47,833 bases of DNA from a virus. The notes under the pieces were generated by a model. That model did not search any database. It was given only the letters and a program-made list of their open reading frames with translations, and was not told the DNA's origin. Location: UHGV virus genome UHGV-0111856; one strand, given 5' to 3'. Positions 36,428 to 46,130 of the stretch are shown one piece after another (positions within the stretch are counted from its first letter, which is position 1; the number at the start of each line of letters is the position of its first letter). The position numbers and the translations under genes were made by a program.

Positions 36428-36839
36428 TGATTGGGTTTTTTATGGAGATGGAGACAGTTACATCAGACTGATCAAGCGTCACATCGTTCACATAAAGCGT
36501 ATATGGTTTTAATGGTGTTTCTTTGTCTGTTTCGTCAAAACGCTGGTATAAAGCAGTGATAGGCTCAATGCGTCCAGAGCCTGACCATAACTTTAAATAT
36601 TGCTTAAAGTCATTAGCCAGTCTCGCAAACTTCAGCGTGGCGTTGATTACCGGCGTGTTTGATTGCTGGCTTCTGGTTACATCCATACGCACTGGCTGGT
36701 AAGTTTGACCACCAAGCACAACATCAGAAAACTCATTGCCAACTAGCCGGACGTAACCAAATGAAGAATGATAAAAGGTTATTGTGTCATACAGCTTCCA
36801 GCTTGGCCTTTTTGACTGGTATTCACGCAATGTTGGCAT
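36369..36839 (-). CDS. minor tail protein L-like
   Basis: [12 protein letters not shown] block resembling lambda gpL (GRQYQPYPIQ); GGAG RBS. Confidence 0.45.
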   Translation of the reverse strand: MPTLREYQSKRPSWKLYDTITFYHSSFGYVRLVGNEFSDVVLGGQTYQPVRMDVTRSQQSNTPVINATLKFARLANDFKQYLKLWSGSGRIEPITALYQRFDETDKETPLKPYTLYVNDVTLDQSDVTVSISIKNPINGNVAKLYDITEFPGLRTV

Positions 36840-37309
36840 TATGGATACTCCGGCAAATCCCTGTTAACAACTTCATCGAGCCATGAATACCATCTCTCAT
36901 CAAGCTCAACAAGCACATCATCAAATTCATCCATGGGGTTATTGAGAGTTTTACAGATGACATTTCCAGCCCATGTGACGATGCCGCCATTGATGCTTGT
37001 CTGTACGGGGTAATCAGTAAAGTGTAAAGTCTGATTCTGTAATCCGCTGCCGCCAAGATCGATATCCATCGTGAACCATTCATTACAGTGGTTGAGGTAT
37101 TTTGAACTCCTTAACCACTGCATAAAAGCCAGTTCCTGTCTGAGCGTAAAGACCCACGTAAGGCTCCATGTCACCGCAACGTCGGTAGTTAATTTTTGAA
37201 AAATCGGCGCTCCAACCGCAGGCTGATCGCTGCGGAATGGGGTCTGAGTGGTCATGTTTTTACTGGCCCGCTGCGCAAGCGGTAGCCATGATGGATAAGG
37301 GATAGCCAT
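36839..37309 (-). CDS. minor tail protein (lambda M position)
   Basis: position between tape measure and L-like; start moved to ATG 37309 (GGAG RBS). Confidence 0.4.
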   Translation of the reverse strand: MAIPYPSWLPLAQRASKNMTTQTPFRSDQPAVGAPIFQKLTTDVAVTWSLTWVFTLRQELAFMQWLRSSKYLNHCNEWFTMDIDLGGSGLQNQTLHFTDYPVQTSINGGIVTWAGNVICKTLNNPMDEFDDVLVELDERWYSWLDEVVNRDLPEYP

Positions 37310-37442
37310 AGCAGTCTCCATTTTGTATTGTTGTATTTTAGCACGTTGATGGTACAATCACAGTGCAGCTAGTCCGGCCAGACGAAAAGCGATTGGTTAT
37401 CGCCTGCTGCATCACTTCAAACCACCTTTAACCGAGGAATCA

Positions 37443-38333
37443 ATGATGCGCAAGCTAACTACTGAAGAATTTATTGCCAAAGCTAAAGCGGTACATGGCG
37501 ACAAATACATTTATGATAAATCCGTGTACGTTAACTCAAAGGAAAAGATAATTATCACCTGTCCAATGCATGGTGATTTTGAGCAAACACCATCTAACCA
37601 CATGTATGGATTTGGGTGTAATTATTGCGCTAGGGATATAGTTACGTCTTCAAGGAGGATGAGCTTCGATGACTTCGTTAGCAAAGCAATAAGTGTGCAT
37701 GGTGAAAGGTACTCATATAAAAAAGATACGTACAAAACCAGATCTAATAAGATGATTATTTGTTGCCCAATACACGGTGACTTCATGCAGTCACCAAAAA
37801 AGCATCTGGTTGGGCACGGCTGTCATTTTTGCGGCGGAGGCATCAGATCAAATACTATAGAGTTTGTAATAAAAGCGGCCACCGTTCATGGTAACAAATA
37901 TGATTACTCTCTTGTTGATTATACATCAGCTAACAAAAGTGTTGCCATCACCTGCAAAGAGCATGGGGTTTTCATGCAGGCACCGTCAAATCATCTTAAT
38001 GGACAGGGTTGCCCGGATTGCGCAGAATACGGATTCAAAAGAACAACAAAAAAAGCATATGTTTACTTCCTTGAGTCTGTGTCTTTGGGGGTGGTGAAAA
38101 TTGGCGTCACGCACAACAAAATTGAAAGGATTAGAAGATTAACAAAAAATACCCCATTCCAATTCAATGTCATCAAGATGATAAAAACAACTGGATTTAA
38201 TGCTGCCAAAATAGAGTCGCACTTTCACAGCAAATTTAAAGCGGCTGGTCTTTCTGGTTTTGATGGATGTACAGAGTGGGTGATTAGAACTCCTGACTTG
38301 ATGATGGAGATAGACAAAATAACCCCGCAATAG
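37443..38333 (+). CDS. homing-endonuclease-like protein: 3 zinc-ribbon repeats + T5orf172 (GIY-YIG superfamily) domain
   Basis: same repeat unit as 3609-5006 (VHGDKYIYD...CPMHGDFEQTPSNHMYGFGC..C x3) then YVYFLE...VKIGVT...RIRRL...TEWV T5orf172 signature; inserted on plus strand between tape-measure and minor tail genes. Confidence 0.6.
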   Translation: MMRKLTTEEFIAKAKAVHGDKYIYDKSVYVNSKEKIIITCPMHGDFEQTPSNHMYGFGCNYCARDIVTSSRRMSFDDFVSKAISVHGERYSYKKDTYKTRSNKMIICCPIHGDFMQSPKKHLVGHGCHFCGGGIRSNTIEFVIKAATVHGNKYDYSLVDYTSANKSVAITCKEHGVFMQAPSNHLNGQGCPDCAEYGFKRTTKKAYVYFLESVSLGVVKIGVTHNKIERIRRLTKNTPFQFNVIKMIKTTGFNAAKIESHFHSKFKAAGLSGFDGCTEWVIRTPDLMMEIDKITPQ

Positions 38334-38345
38334 CGGGGTCAAATA
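38318..38345 (-). terminator. terminator after tape measure gene, overlapping stop of plus-strand endonuclease gene
   Basis: CCCCGC-aata-GCGGGG followed by TTATTTT on the minus strand. Confidence 0.5.
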
Positions 38346-38347
38346 GT

Positions 38348-41300
38348 TTACTCTGTCGCCCTTCTGGTTGCAGTAGTATGGCTGGTAATCGCGTTTGATA
38401 TCGGCCCTCCAGCCTCGATATCGGCAACGATAGTCTCAATTGTAACAGACCCATCACCGTTATCTCTTGCGGTTGATGAGGCCGTTGCCCCACTGCTGTT
38501 ATTGGTGACATTATTATAAATAATGATACCACTGCCACCGCCGGTAAGATCTTTGTTGCTGATAACCTTTCCGTTGTCGCCAGGTATCATGTACTGATTG
38601 CCATTGCTGGCCTGGAAGATTTCAGGTAGGTTGTTCTCGCCGACCTGATACATTGAGCCAGCCTGCGCAGGCCCACCATTCTTTAATGCCCCGGCAACAG
38701 ACATTGCTTTAGCAACACCAATGGTGGAAACAATGCCAGCCTGTGCAGGTACTGCGTTAGCACCACCCGTGGCAAGTGATGTCATCGCTGCTGCTGGTGC
38801 CATGGCTGCTGCTATTCCTGCCGCCTGAGCAGCGGTTGCGGCAGATGCTGCTGCCATTCCTGCCTGTCCCATGATTACCGATTTAAGCCACTCCACGCCC
38901 ATCTGAACGAAAGAGTTAATAACCGCATTTAACACATTGCTCCCTATTGACTGTAGCGCCTCGCTAACAGACATTGAGCCGGTCAAAACACCAGTCAAGG
39001 CGTTGCTTGCGGTTTGCCCAAAAGCATCAAATGCAGCAGCAGCCGCCTGCGTAGCCGCATTCTGCTGGCTCCACTCCTGCCACATGGCATCAAGGCGCTG
39101 CTGGCGGTATTGCTCCTCAATAGCTGCTCTGGCCTGCTCAACCTCCGCTATCTTTTGCGGGTAGGCTACTGCGTAAGCATTGAGCGCTGCTAAATCCTTC
39201 TGGTAATTTGTTTCAACGGCAAACATTGGGGATGTCTGCGATTTTAATGCAGAGAATCCCTTGACAGCTTCGACCCTTTGTTTCTCTGCCTCCGCCTGAG
39301 CCTTTATCGCGTTGGCATTATCCCATGCCTTAGCCGCATATTGCCCGGCAAGGTTAATTTGCTCCTGAGTGGCTCCCTTGCCAAGGGATTGCTGGGCAGC
39401 CAGTATTGACTGTTCACGGCTAAGTTCTCTTGTACTTTCAGCGGTAAGCAGTGACTTCTGGCGGAGTTCCTCAAGTTTATTGGCGATATTCTCCTGCTCT
39501 GTGGCTGCTTTTTGCGCCGCTGATTGCGCATCATTTTGCGCTTTACCCCTTGCTTTCTCGGCCTCATTTAAATCATATATCTGCCCTGCAAGTTCAGCAG
39601 CCCTTGCTATCTGATTGGGGTTATCAGTTACCTTTTGAGCCTCCAGCCGTGCTTTTGCTACCGCCCTCTGTCTTTCATCCTGTATTCTTAAAAGCTGATT
39701 CTGCTCCTCAAGGCTGAGAATCATCTTATCTGCTTCTTTTGTTGGGGCTGATACCTGCAAGGATTTGGGGTTGAAGTTTTGTCCTGCCTGATTTGCTCGG
39801 TTTATTTCATCGGCGGTCAATCCGAATGCTCTTGCCACCGCGCCCTGCACTCTCTCAAGGGTCGAACCTTTCTCAATCAGACCATCATGCACACCCATGG
39901 ACGTGAGCATGTTGTTTGTAAGGGTCCTGCTTGCTTCGGCTGCCGTTTCCTGAGTTCTTGCTAGTTTTTCCTGAGCGTCAGCTAAATCTCTTGATTTTTT
40001 ATTTAATTCATTGAACACCCTTTCCTGTTCAGAAGCAAATTGCGACCCTTGACCAAGTGACTCAGCCACCTCTTGCGCGGCAGGAGTGAAGCTAAGATAC
40101 CTCTCACGAAGTGCATCAACTTCACTTTGCAGATTTCTCACAGCATCCTTTTGCGCCGAAATTGAAATATTGGCGTCAGCTATCACCCCCCTGAGTTGGG
40201 TATTGTTCATCGCCTTCATTGAGGCGTTAACTTTATCCAGGCTATCGGCAAAGCGGATTGCTTCTTCTCTGGCTTGCTGTGCTTTCTGCCAGAAGTAAAA
40301 TATTGCCCCCGCCGCTAACATTGCCGCGCCAGCTGGGCCGCCTATCAATGAAAGCGCACCTCTGGCAAGTCCAATCCCTACCGATGCGGCCCTTGCCGCT
40401 GATGCTGCTCTCGCTGATGCGGCAGCCTGTGCGTTTTCAGCCTGAGCAAGGGATAGTGACGCGGCGCTCGCTCTTGATTTTGCCGCAACCAGAGCATCAA
40501 GCGCCAGCATCTCGGCTGCGCTGCCTTTTGCTATGTTATATTCAGCCTGAGCAAGCGCCAGAGATGATAGCGCCGCCTCTTTATCAGCCAGCGCCTTCCT
40601 CCGCGCGGAATTTGCAGCCACAAGCGCTGATTGTGCCTGCTGATTCTCAGCTATTAATTGCTGTCTTGATGCCGCTATATCTGATATTTTCGCGGCAGTG
40701 GACATTGCCAGCGCGCCAACATACCGACTTCCCATTATGCCAGCTACAATGATAAGGGCGCCGCTCAGCGTCTCAAGGTTCTCACTTATTGTGATGACAG
40801 AGTCTCGGAACCCTGCTGCAAATGATTTAACCGTCGAGTTTTCGCCAAAGAACTTCGTTACGTTGTTACCGGCTACCTGCAATCCCTTGGCGATTGAGAC
40901 GGTGGTGTTGGCAAATTCTTTGCCGATTGCATCCCCTTGTGATAGAAGCCCCTTAACTACAACGTCTGTTGTTAGCTGCCCCTGAGCGGCCATAGCCCTC
41001 AACTGACCGATAGAAACACCCATCGAATCAGCCAGAGCTACCATGAGGCGGCTGCCTTGCTCTGACACTGAGTTAAACTCCTCGCCGCGCAGAACGCCGG
41101 AAGCGATACCCTGTGATAGCTGAATGATTGCGTTCTCAGCTTCCTGAGCTGTTGCACCGGATACTGCAAACCCCTGGTTGATAATAGTGGTCAGGCGGAC
41201 TAAATCTTCAGCGCTGGTGTTGTACGCCCTGGTTCCTCGCTCAAGTCTGGCGTAAAGAGTCGCCGTGCCGTTCAGGGATGACTGGGTTGCTTGTGAAACA

Positions 41301-41629
41301 TCAAAGATCCGCTGCATAACTTCGGTCTGCGTCTCTCCAGTACGAACCGAGTTAGCTACCTTGTTATTTAGTTCAGTCCAGGCATCGGCGTAACTCGCAA
41401 CCTGTTGCACAGAAAGCGCCGCGAACAATCCCTTGGCAACGCCAGAAAGGCTGGACATTGTTCGTTCCATCGATCCAATAGAGCGCTCTGTCCTGTTTAC
41501 ACTGGCCTCAAGTCGCCCCATGTTCCCGCTAAGTCCATTTAGCATTGACTGCAATTCACGACTACCAGCTGCTAACTGAGATGTGTCAATGCCAACCTCA
41601 TAGATAATGCCGCCAACTGTTTCTGCCAT
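38348..41629 (-). CDS. tail tape measure protein
   Basis: 1093 aa, extremely Ala/Gln-rich, coiled-coil, Gly-rich C-terminus; directly downstream of chaperone gene. Confidence 0.85.
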   Translation of the reverse strand: MAETVGGIIYEVGIDTSQLAAGSRELQSMLNGLSGNMGRLEASVNRTERSIGSMERTMSSLSGVAKGLFAALSVQQVASYADAWTELNNKVANSVRTGETQTEVMQRIFDVSQATQSSLNGTATLYARLERGTRAYNTSAEDLVRLTTIINQGFAVSGATAQEAENAIIQLSQGIASGVLRGEEFNSVSEQGSRLMVALADSMGVSIGQLRAMAAQGQLTTDVVVKGLLSQGDAIGKEFANTTVSIAKGLQVAGNNVTKFFGENSTVKSFAAGFRDSVITISENLETLSGALIIVAGIMGSRYVGALAMSTAAKISDIAASRQQLIAENQQAQSALVAANSARRKALADKEAALSSLALAQAEYNIAKGSAAEMLALDALVAAKSRASAASLSLAQAENAQAAASARAASAARAASVGIGLARGALSLIGGPAGAAMLAAGAIFYFWQKAQQAREEAIRFADSLDKVNASMKAMNNTQLRGVIADANISISAQKDAVRNLQSEVDALRERYLSFTPAAQEVAESLGQGSQFASEQERVFNELNKKSRDLADAQEKLARTQETAAEASRTLTNNMLTSMGVHDGLIEKGSTLERVQGAVARAFGLTADEINRANQAGQNFNPKSLQVSAPTKEADKMILSLEEQNQLLRIQDERQRAVAKARLEAQKVTDNPNQIARAAELAGQIYDLNEAEKARGKAQNDAQSAAQKAATEQENIANKLEELRQKSLLTAESTRELSREQSILAAQQSLGKGATQEQINLAGQYAAKAWDNANAIKAQAEAEKQRVEAVKGFSALKSQTSPMFAVETNYQKDLAALNAYAVAYPQKIAEVEQARAAIEEQYRQQRLDAMWQEWSQQNAATQAAAAAFDAFGQTASNALTGVLTGSMSVSEALQSIGSNVLNAVINSFVQMGVEWLKSVIMGQAGMAAASAATAAQAAGIAAAMAPAAAMTSLATGGANAVPAQAGIVSTIGVAKAMSVAGALKNGGPAQAGSMYQVGENNLPEIFQASNGNQYMIPGDNGKVISNKDLTGGGSGIIIYNNVTNNSSGATASSTARDNGDGSVTIETIVADIEAGGPISNAITSHTTATRRATE

Positions 41630-42336
41630 TATTTTGCTCCTTTGCTTTTAGCGGCCTTTCTGGCGGCTTTCTCTTTCAGTTTCTGTTTATTCAGCTTGGC
41701 CCGCTCATAAGACGCATCATACTGCTCGCGCGTCATGCCTTCCGGTTCCGGGTATTTTGATTTTATCATCTGCTGATACTCGGTCATGGTCAGGTCTTCA
41801 GCTTCCTCACGGGTGATTCCGAAATGGGTGCGAGCTGAGATGATGTAATCCGACATTCTCAACTCACTTGTTGTGCGCTTTTGGTTTTCCGAGCGCTGAG
41901 GAACCTTGAGTGGAGACTTGCCGATGATGCCATGCTCCATCAGGTTGCGAGCAATAATAATAATGTCATTTACTGGCATTCTTCCGGTGACGTACTTCAC
42001 ACCGCGCGGAGTCGGCTTCCATGACCCAATGAGCACCGAGATATCATCATCACAACAGGACTGCATGATGAGGCAGGCGGCGCTGAGCACTTTCTTACCA
42101 TAGGCAGGACGTGACAGGATTTTTGCCACCTGAATCTGCGCGCCATACGGCATTGACTGAATGGCGCCGAGTATGGCTGCGTATTCATATCCATTAAGCA
42201 TAGCGTACAGTTCGACAATCTCTTTCGGTGAGCCAAGCTCATTCATCGCCGCAAATGATGGTTTGAAGAAAAAAGACTTGTCAGCCAGGGAGATGCGCAT
42301 CTCTCCGATTTCTGTTAGCGGTGTGCGTTGTCTCAT
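41629..42336 (-). CDS. tail assembly chaperone (single ORF; no G/GT frameshift evident)
   Basis: 235 aa with Lys-rich C-terminus; position between major tail and tape measure. Confidence 0.45.
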   Translation of the reverse strand: MRQRTPLTEIGEMRISLADKSFFFKPSFAAMNELGSPKEIVELYAMLNGYEYAAILGAIQSMPYGAQIQVAKILSRPAYGKKVLSAACLIMQSCCDDDISVLIGSWKPTPRGVKYVTGRMPVNDIIIIARNLMEHGIIGKSPLKVPQRSENQKRTTSELRMSDYIISARTHFGITREEAEDLTMTEYQQMIKSKYPEPEGMTREQYDASYERAKLNKQKLKEKAARKAAKSKGAK

Positions 42337-42373
42337 GTCTAAATCCTGTTTTCATAATGACGTAATTATACCA

Positions 42374-42403
42374 TTGACAGGGGGCGCAAGACTGACGTAG
42401 ATT
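42374..42403 (+). promoter_or_regulatory. promoter TTGACA-N18-TAGATT
   Basis: -35 at 42374-42379, TAGATT at 42398-42403; precedes the three-gene small cassette. Confidence 0.5.
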
Positions 42404-42432
42404 GAAAGCATAAGGTGATTGAGGGTTTGACA

Positions 42433-42561
42433 TATGAACGAGACTGATGCTGATTTGAGATTTTACATCGACCTGTACGTTGATTGCGGGTTTACCTATG
42501 ATGAGGCCCGCGTAAAGGCGATTTTGTTGCTGGCTAAGATTGGCGTAGTGGTGGAGGATTA
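42433..42561 (+). CDS. small ORF (42 aa)
   Basis: first of three plus-strand small ORFs inserted between tail chaperone and major tail genes. Confidence 0.3.
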
Positions 42562-42565
42562 AAAA

Positions 42566-42718
42566 TGCCAGTAAACAAAGACGACGAAGATGTCATATCT
42601 GCATATGCAGGCCAGCGCATCGACATAAACTACGCGATAGCAATTCACCTGCGACGTGCTGAGTTTATCGCCAATCTGATTTTGTGGGGCATCAAGAACA
42701 AGACGAGGAAGGCGTGAT
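42566..42718 (+). CDS. small ORF (50 aa)
   Basis: ATGA coupling to next ORF. Confidence 0.3.
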
Positions 42719-43022
42719 GAGTGTTGAATCTGCAGGTTCAGATGATGGCGCGTCAGTTGGCGACGAGAGCCGATACGCATGCGAGCAATATTTAGATGCC
42801 CTTGTGACTGTAGAGTTGGCTGCAAAACTGGCTATGATTGAAGGTCGTCAGGTTAACAAATCAATCCGCGCGTGCTGGTCAGCAATCAGGCCGCGCATTG
42901 ATAATAAATTAAACCGCCAGATATTCGATGGCATGGCTAATCAGTTTATGCCGCATGGCGCGCTGTGTATGCTGCGCCGCCAGCTGGATGCCGCAATAAG
43001 CGAGGATGGTGATGACCATTGA
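42717..43022 (+). CDS. hypothetical protein (101 aa)
   Basis: ORF track 42684-43022, start moved to ATG 42717. Confidence 0.4.
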   Translation: MSVESAGSDDGASVGDESRYACEQYLDALVTVELAAKLAMIEGRQVNKSIRACWSAIRPRIDNKLNRQIFDGMANQFMPHGALCMLRRQLDAAISEDGDDH

Positions 43023-43072
43023 TGATAATGATGCCGGTACCATTTTAAATAATCCGCGCATCTTCATTGCTG

Positions 43073-43107
43073 AAAAAATAAACCCCCTTTCGGGGGTTTT
43101 CTTTATT
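43073..43107. terminator. bidirectional terminator
   Basis: AAACCCCC-tttc-GGGGGTTT with flanking A- and T-runs; overlaps stop of major tail gene. Confidence 0.75.
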
Positions 43108-43861
43108 CCGCCGTAACGGTAACAACACACTTGGTGGAGTCAACGTAATCAGGGCTGGTTGCCGAGTCCGTTACGCGGCAGAAGTACGTACCAGCATCAC
43201 CTGCGGCAGCAGCGGTCTCGGTGAACGTGCCTGTAGTAGCACCGCTAATCGGCGAAGTACCTTTATACCATTGGTAGGTATAAGGATCGACACCACTAGC
43301 CGCAACTACCGGACCGAGCGTCAGAGTGGCGCCAGTAGCAACGCTTTTTGTTGCGCTGATATCAGTAGTCAGCGTCAAATCTTCGATGCTGGACACGTCA
43401 ACGGTAGAGCCATCATACGGCTTGAATTCAACCGAGCCGGTGATGATGTCGTTGGTGCCGCCATCATAGCTCAGCGCAGTAATGTTGCAGTAAGCCACAA
43501 CAACGGTGTTACCGGTGGTCTGGCGAACCCAGACAGACGGCTGGCGGCGCGCTTTAACTTCGGTGACGAAATACTTGATGAGATTATGTACGCCATACTC
43601 ATCAGCCTTGTCAGCCTTGCGAACTTCGAAATCACCAGAAATGGTGAGGTCTGCGGTAGTGACCAGCGTCGCAACAAAGCCATCGCCATCATCAGCCTCT
43701 GAAGTGGTGGTGCTTGGACTGAAGTCGACGCCTTTTGAGGTCATGGGAGCAAAAAACTTCCAGTCTTCCCCTGCTGGCACAGCATCCCGGCAGCCATCAG
43801 CCAGCTCAATGAGAGACTGGCGACCTGTGATGATGCCGTTATCATTTGTACAAATAGCCAT
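43103..43861 (-). CDS. major tail protein with C-terminal Ig-like domain
   Basis: AGGA RBS; C-terminal YTYQWYKGTSPISGATTGTF...TYFCRVTD Ig/Big_2-like module; own extended -10 promoter. Confidence 0.6.
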   Translation of the reverse strand: MAICTNDNGIITGRQSLIELADGCRDAVPAGEDWKFFAPMTSKGVDFSPSTTTSEADDGDGFVATLVTTADLTISGDFEVRKADKADEYGVHNLIKYFVTEVKARRQPSVWVRQTTGNTVVVAYCNITALSYDGGTNDIITGSVEFKPYDGSTVDVSSIEDLTLTTDISATKSVATGATLTLGPVVAASGVDPYTYQWYKGTSPISGATTGTFTETAAAAGDAGTYFCRVTDSATSPDYVDSTKCVVTVTAE

Positions 43862-43895
43862 GTTTAGAATCCTCTGTGTCTAGCTAAACAATCGC

Positions 43896-43935
43896 ATTAT
43901 ATCATGTTGACAGGTTTTTATTGGTGGTGTAGATT
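43896..43935. promoter_or_regulatory. overlapping divergent promoters: plus TTGACA-N17-TAGATT (tRNA/leader) and minus extended -10 TGATATAAT (major tail gene)
   Basis: TTGACA 43907-43912, TAGATT 43930-43935; minus-strand TGATATAAT = complement of 43896-43904. Confidence 0.55.
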
Positions 43936-44316
43936 AAATGGCAGATAGTTTTCGGTGCGACTTTGCGGGTTTTTAGAAACTGACCACAAAGATAAATGCA
44001 AACGAAGATCGTTTCCTGATGGCGGCGTAACAGCCTAAAATCAGCGGGGTATTCCAGTTCCCTGTAACCGAATCTGGCGCAGTGGCCCGCTGTGATTAAT
44101 AATGGGCACACAACAGGTAAGAGCATTGAGATTGATCGTCGTTCCTGGGCCCAAGGTCTGCTCGAAGTCAGTGCTCTTTCCGTTGTGGTGAATGCGCAGG
44201 CTGATGCGCAGTGGGACGTGGCTGACTCACGAGGATGGCTCAAGCGAATAAGCAAGCTCGATGCCGCCGAATAAGCGCCTTATGCCGGAGATCAGCACCG
44301 GCCATCATAACATAAC

Positions 44317-44394
44317 GCACCATTAGCTCAGCAGGATAGCAGCAACGGCCTTCTAAGCCGTGGGTCACTGGTTCGAATCCAGTATGGTGCACCA
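44317..44394 (+). tRNA. tRNA-Arg (anticodon UCU)
   Basis: clean cloverleaf: acceptor GCACCAT/ATGGTGC, anticodon stem ACGGC/GCCGT with loop CUUCUAA, T-arm CTGGTTCGAATCCAG, encoded CCA. Confidence 0.85.
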
Positions 44395-44397
44395 AAT

Positions 44398-44474
44398 TCC
44401 CGTTTAGCTTAACTGGTTAAAGCACCCGACTCATAATCGGATGATTACAGGTTCGAATCCTGTCGCGGTAACCA
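44398..44474 (+). tRNA. tRNA-Met-like (anticodon CAU), acceptor stem with two mismatches
   Basis: D-arm TAGCTTAACTGGTTAAAGC, anticodon loop CUCAUAA, T-arm ACAGGTTCGAATCCTGT, 3' CGCGGTA-A-CCA; 5' strand TCCCGTT pairs only 5/7, so possibly a pseudo-tRNA or non-canonical. Confidence 0.5.
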
Positions 44475-44858
44475 TTACTCACCAAAAACAACCCTCAGCA
44501 ACAATTCATAAACCGGCCTCTGCTCTGTCGTAAGCGTAGGGCGACCAAGCGGCGCCTGCAACTGAATCATGCCAATACAACTATCAACGGGATGCTCTTT
44601 GATATATGAGATGACATCAAGCGCTTTTGCTTTTGTCTCCTTGATATTGTACTGACCCTGCTGGCCGACAACATAGAGCGAGAAATAGTAATCTCCGCCG
44701 AGTCCTTTGCTTACGCTCGTGCCGCCATTGGATTGCAGCACCATAAAGCGCTCGGTGCCAACTTCGCTATCGTTCCAGAACTCAAGCTGATTAGTCCACC
44801 CGTCATAAAGATGGGCATCGCTAAGGTACTGGTCAACAAGCTCAAGCATATCTCTCAT
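44475..44858 (-). CDS. tail terminator-like protein (lambda U position)
   Basis: 127 aa; last gene before major tail; stop codon abuts the tRNA 3' end. Confidence 0.4.
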   Translation of the reverse strand: MRDMLELVDQYLSDAHLYDGWTNQLEFWNDSEVGTERFMVLQSNGGTSVSKGLGGDYYFSLYVVGQQGQYNIKETKAKALDVISYIKEHPVDSCIGMIQLQAPLGRPTLTTEQRPVYELLLRVVFGE

Positions 44859-45271
44859 TTTAGCGTCATCTCTTTTTTAATTACCTGATCGACAAGCTCG
44901 CGTGTGTTTTCGCCAGCCTTGAGAAGGAATTTAGGCTCGCCGCTCTTATCCCATACATTCCCCTTCCCTTTGAGCCGTCCTGTGCGTGGCGTGTTTGTAC
45001 CCAGCAATGTGCCAGGTGCATTATGGACATACAGTGCGTAATTAGCGGAATACCCAATCTTGCCGGTTATGCGAGTGCCTTTAACCTCAACGGTGTCATA
45101 CTGGCTATTTATCAGTGTTGATGTGGCTATTGGTGTCATAGAAGCCGATTCAGTACGGATAATAAAGTTGGCGCTCTTTATGGCCCGCACAGCCTTTTCA
45201 CCAGTAATCTCGCCGACTATCTGCTGAGTGCGCTTAATAGCCTGCTGGATACCTCGCATTTTGGCGGCCAT
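44855..45271 (-). CDS. head-tail joining / tail completion protein
   Basis: 138 aa; ATGA-type overlap chain in the neck module. Confidence 0.45.
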   Translation of the reverse strand: MAAKMRGIQQAIKRTQQIVGEITGEKAVRAIKSANFIIRTESASMTPIATSTLINSQYDTVEVKGTRITGKIGYSANYALYVHNAPGTLLGTNTPRTGRLKGKGNVWDKSGEPKFLLKAGENTRELVDQVIKKEMTLK

Positions 45272-45274
45272 ACA

Positions 45275-45619
45275 TTACCCCGTTACCAGCGCAAAATCAG
45301 GCAGGTCGTTGCGGTCTAGCGTATTGCCGTAATTTACGACGTTTCTAATCTGGTCAGCTCCGGCAGCCAGAGGGTCAGCACTGGTGATGGTGCCAAGCAT
45401 GATGAAGTCGCCAACAGATGCATCCTGATATTCCGTCCAGAATGTGTTTTTCTGTGCAATCTCATTGCCAGCCGTGCCGGTGGTCAGATTCTTATCAAAG
45501 CCATAATCACACATGATGGACTCTGGCGCGGCAAACGTCGGCTTACCATACTTATCCTTGCCAGTAAGCCGCCAGATTGTGCATGGCTGCGTATAGCTCC
45601 ATCTCGCTATTGCTGACAT
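45275..45619 (-). CDS. head-tail adaptor / head closure protein
   Basis: 114 aa; position in the neck module. Confidence 0.4.
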   Translation of the reverse strand: MSAIARWSYTQPCTIWRLTGKDKYGKPTFAAPESIMCDYGFDKNLTTGTAGNEIAQKNTFWTEYQDASVGDFIMLGTITSADPLAAGADQIRNVVNYGNTLDRNDLPDFALVTG

Positions 45620-45741
45620 GGTGCGGCCTCAATAGTATAAATCCAGCGCGGAACAGGAAGGCGCAGCAATACCAGAATAACCAGCAGCGGCATGCACCAT
45701 TTACGGATTGCGATATTTACAGTTAATGTTGACGTTTTCAT
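45603..45741 (-). CDS. small hydrophobic peptide (46 aa), not in ORF track
   Basis: strong GGAG RBS, ATGA overlap with upstream connector gene, stop overlaps next start. Confidence 0.35.
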
Positions 45742-46130
45742 CTGCACTTACTCCCGGTAACAACCCTAAACCACGGCTTTGCACTTCCATCAGGCTCTTC
45801 TACAAGGTCGCCCGTGCAGTCTGCCGTATCGAGTAGCTTCATCTGATTGTAAAGGGACATCCACGGCTTACTGCCATAGCCAAATGACTGCGACGCGCCA
45901 GATGGCGCCCGGTGGCTGGTGATGTATCTTCCGGCTGTATTTGAGGCGATCAGGATAGATGCCCATAGCAGAATTGCATCCTGCCTGCATGTGTCTTCAG
46001 GGTAATTAAGCTCAAGGCACTCTGTGATGCTCGCCACCAGACACAGGATGCCCGTTGCGTCTGCCGTGGTGATAGTTACGCCTCTTGACGCCATGGCGGC
46101 GACAAGTTCACTTGCTGTCGGTGCTGCCAT
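45738..46130 (-). CDS. head-tail connector protein (gp6-like)
   Basis: start moved to ATG 46130 (GGAGAG RBS, 23-nt overlap with upstream gene); ORF track started at 46199. Confidence 0.45.
   Translation of the reverse strand: MAAPTASELVAAMASRGVTITTADATGILCLVASITECLELNYPEDTCRQDAILLWASILIASNTAGRYITSHRAPSGASQSFGYGSKPWMSLYNQMKLLDTADCTGDLVEEPDGSAKPWFRVVTGSKCR

Noticed and set aside
41629-42336. Looked for lambda-like G/GT -1 programmed frameshift in the tail chaperone gene
   Set aside because: The 235-aa ORF is uninterrupted and no second overlapping ORF with a slippery heptamer was evident; I could not support a frameshift product
44092-44274. 60-aa GTG-initiated ORF in the tRNA leader
   Set aside because: GTG start without RBS, inside the about 380-nt leader between the promoter and the tRNAs; more likely non-coding leader sequence
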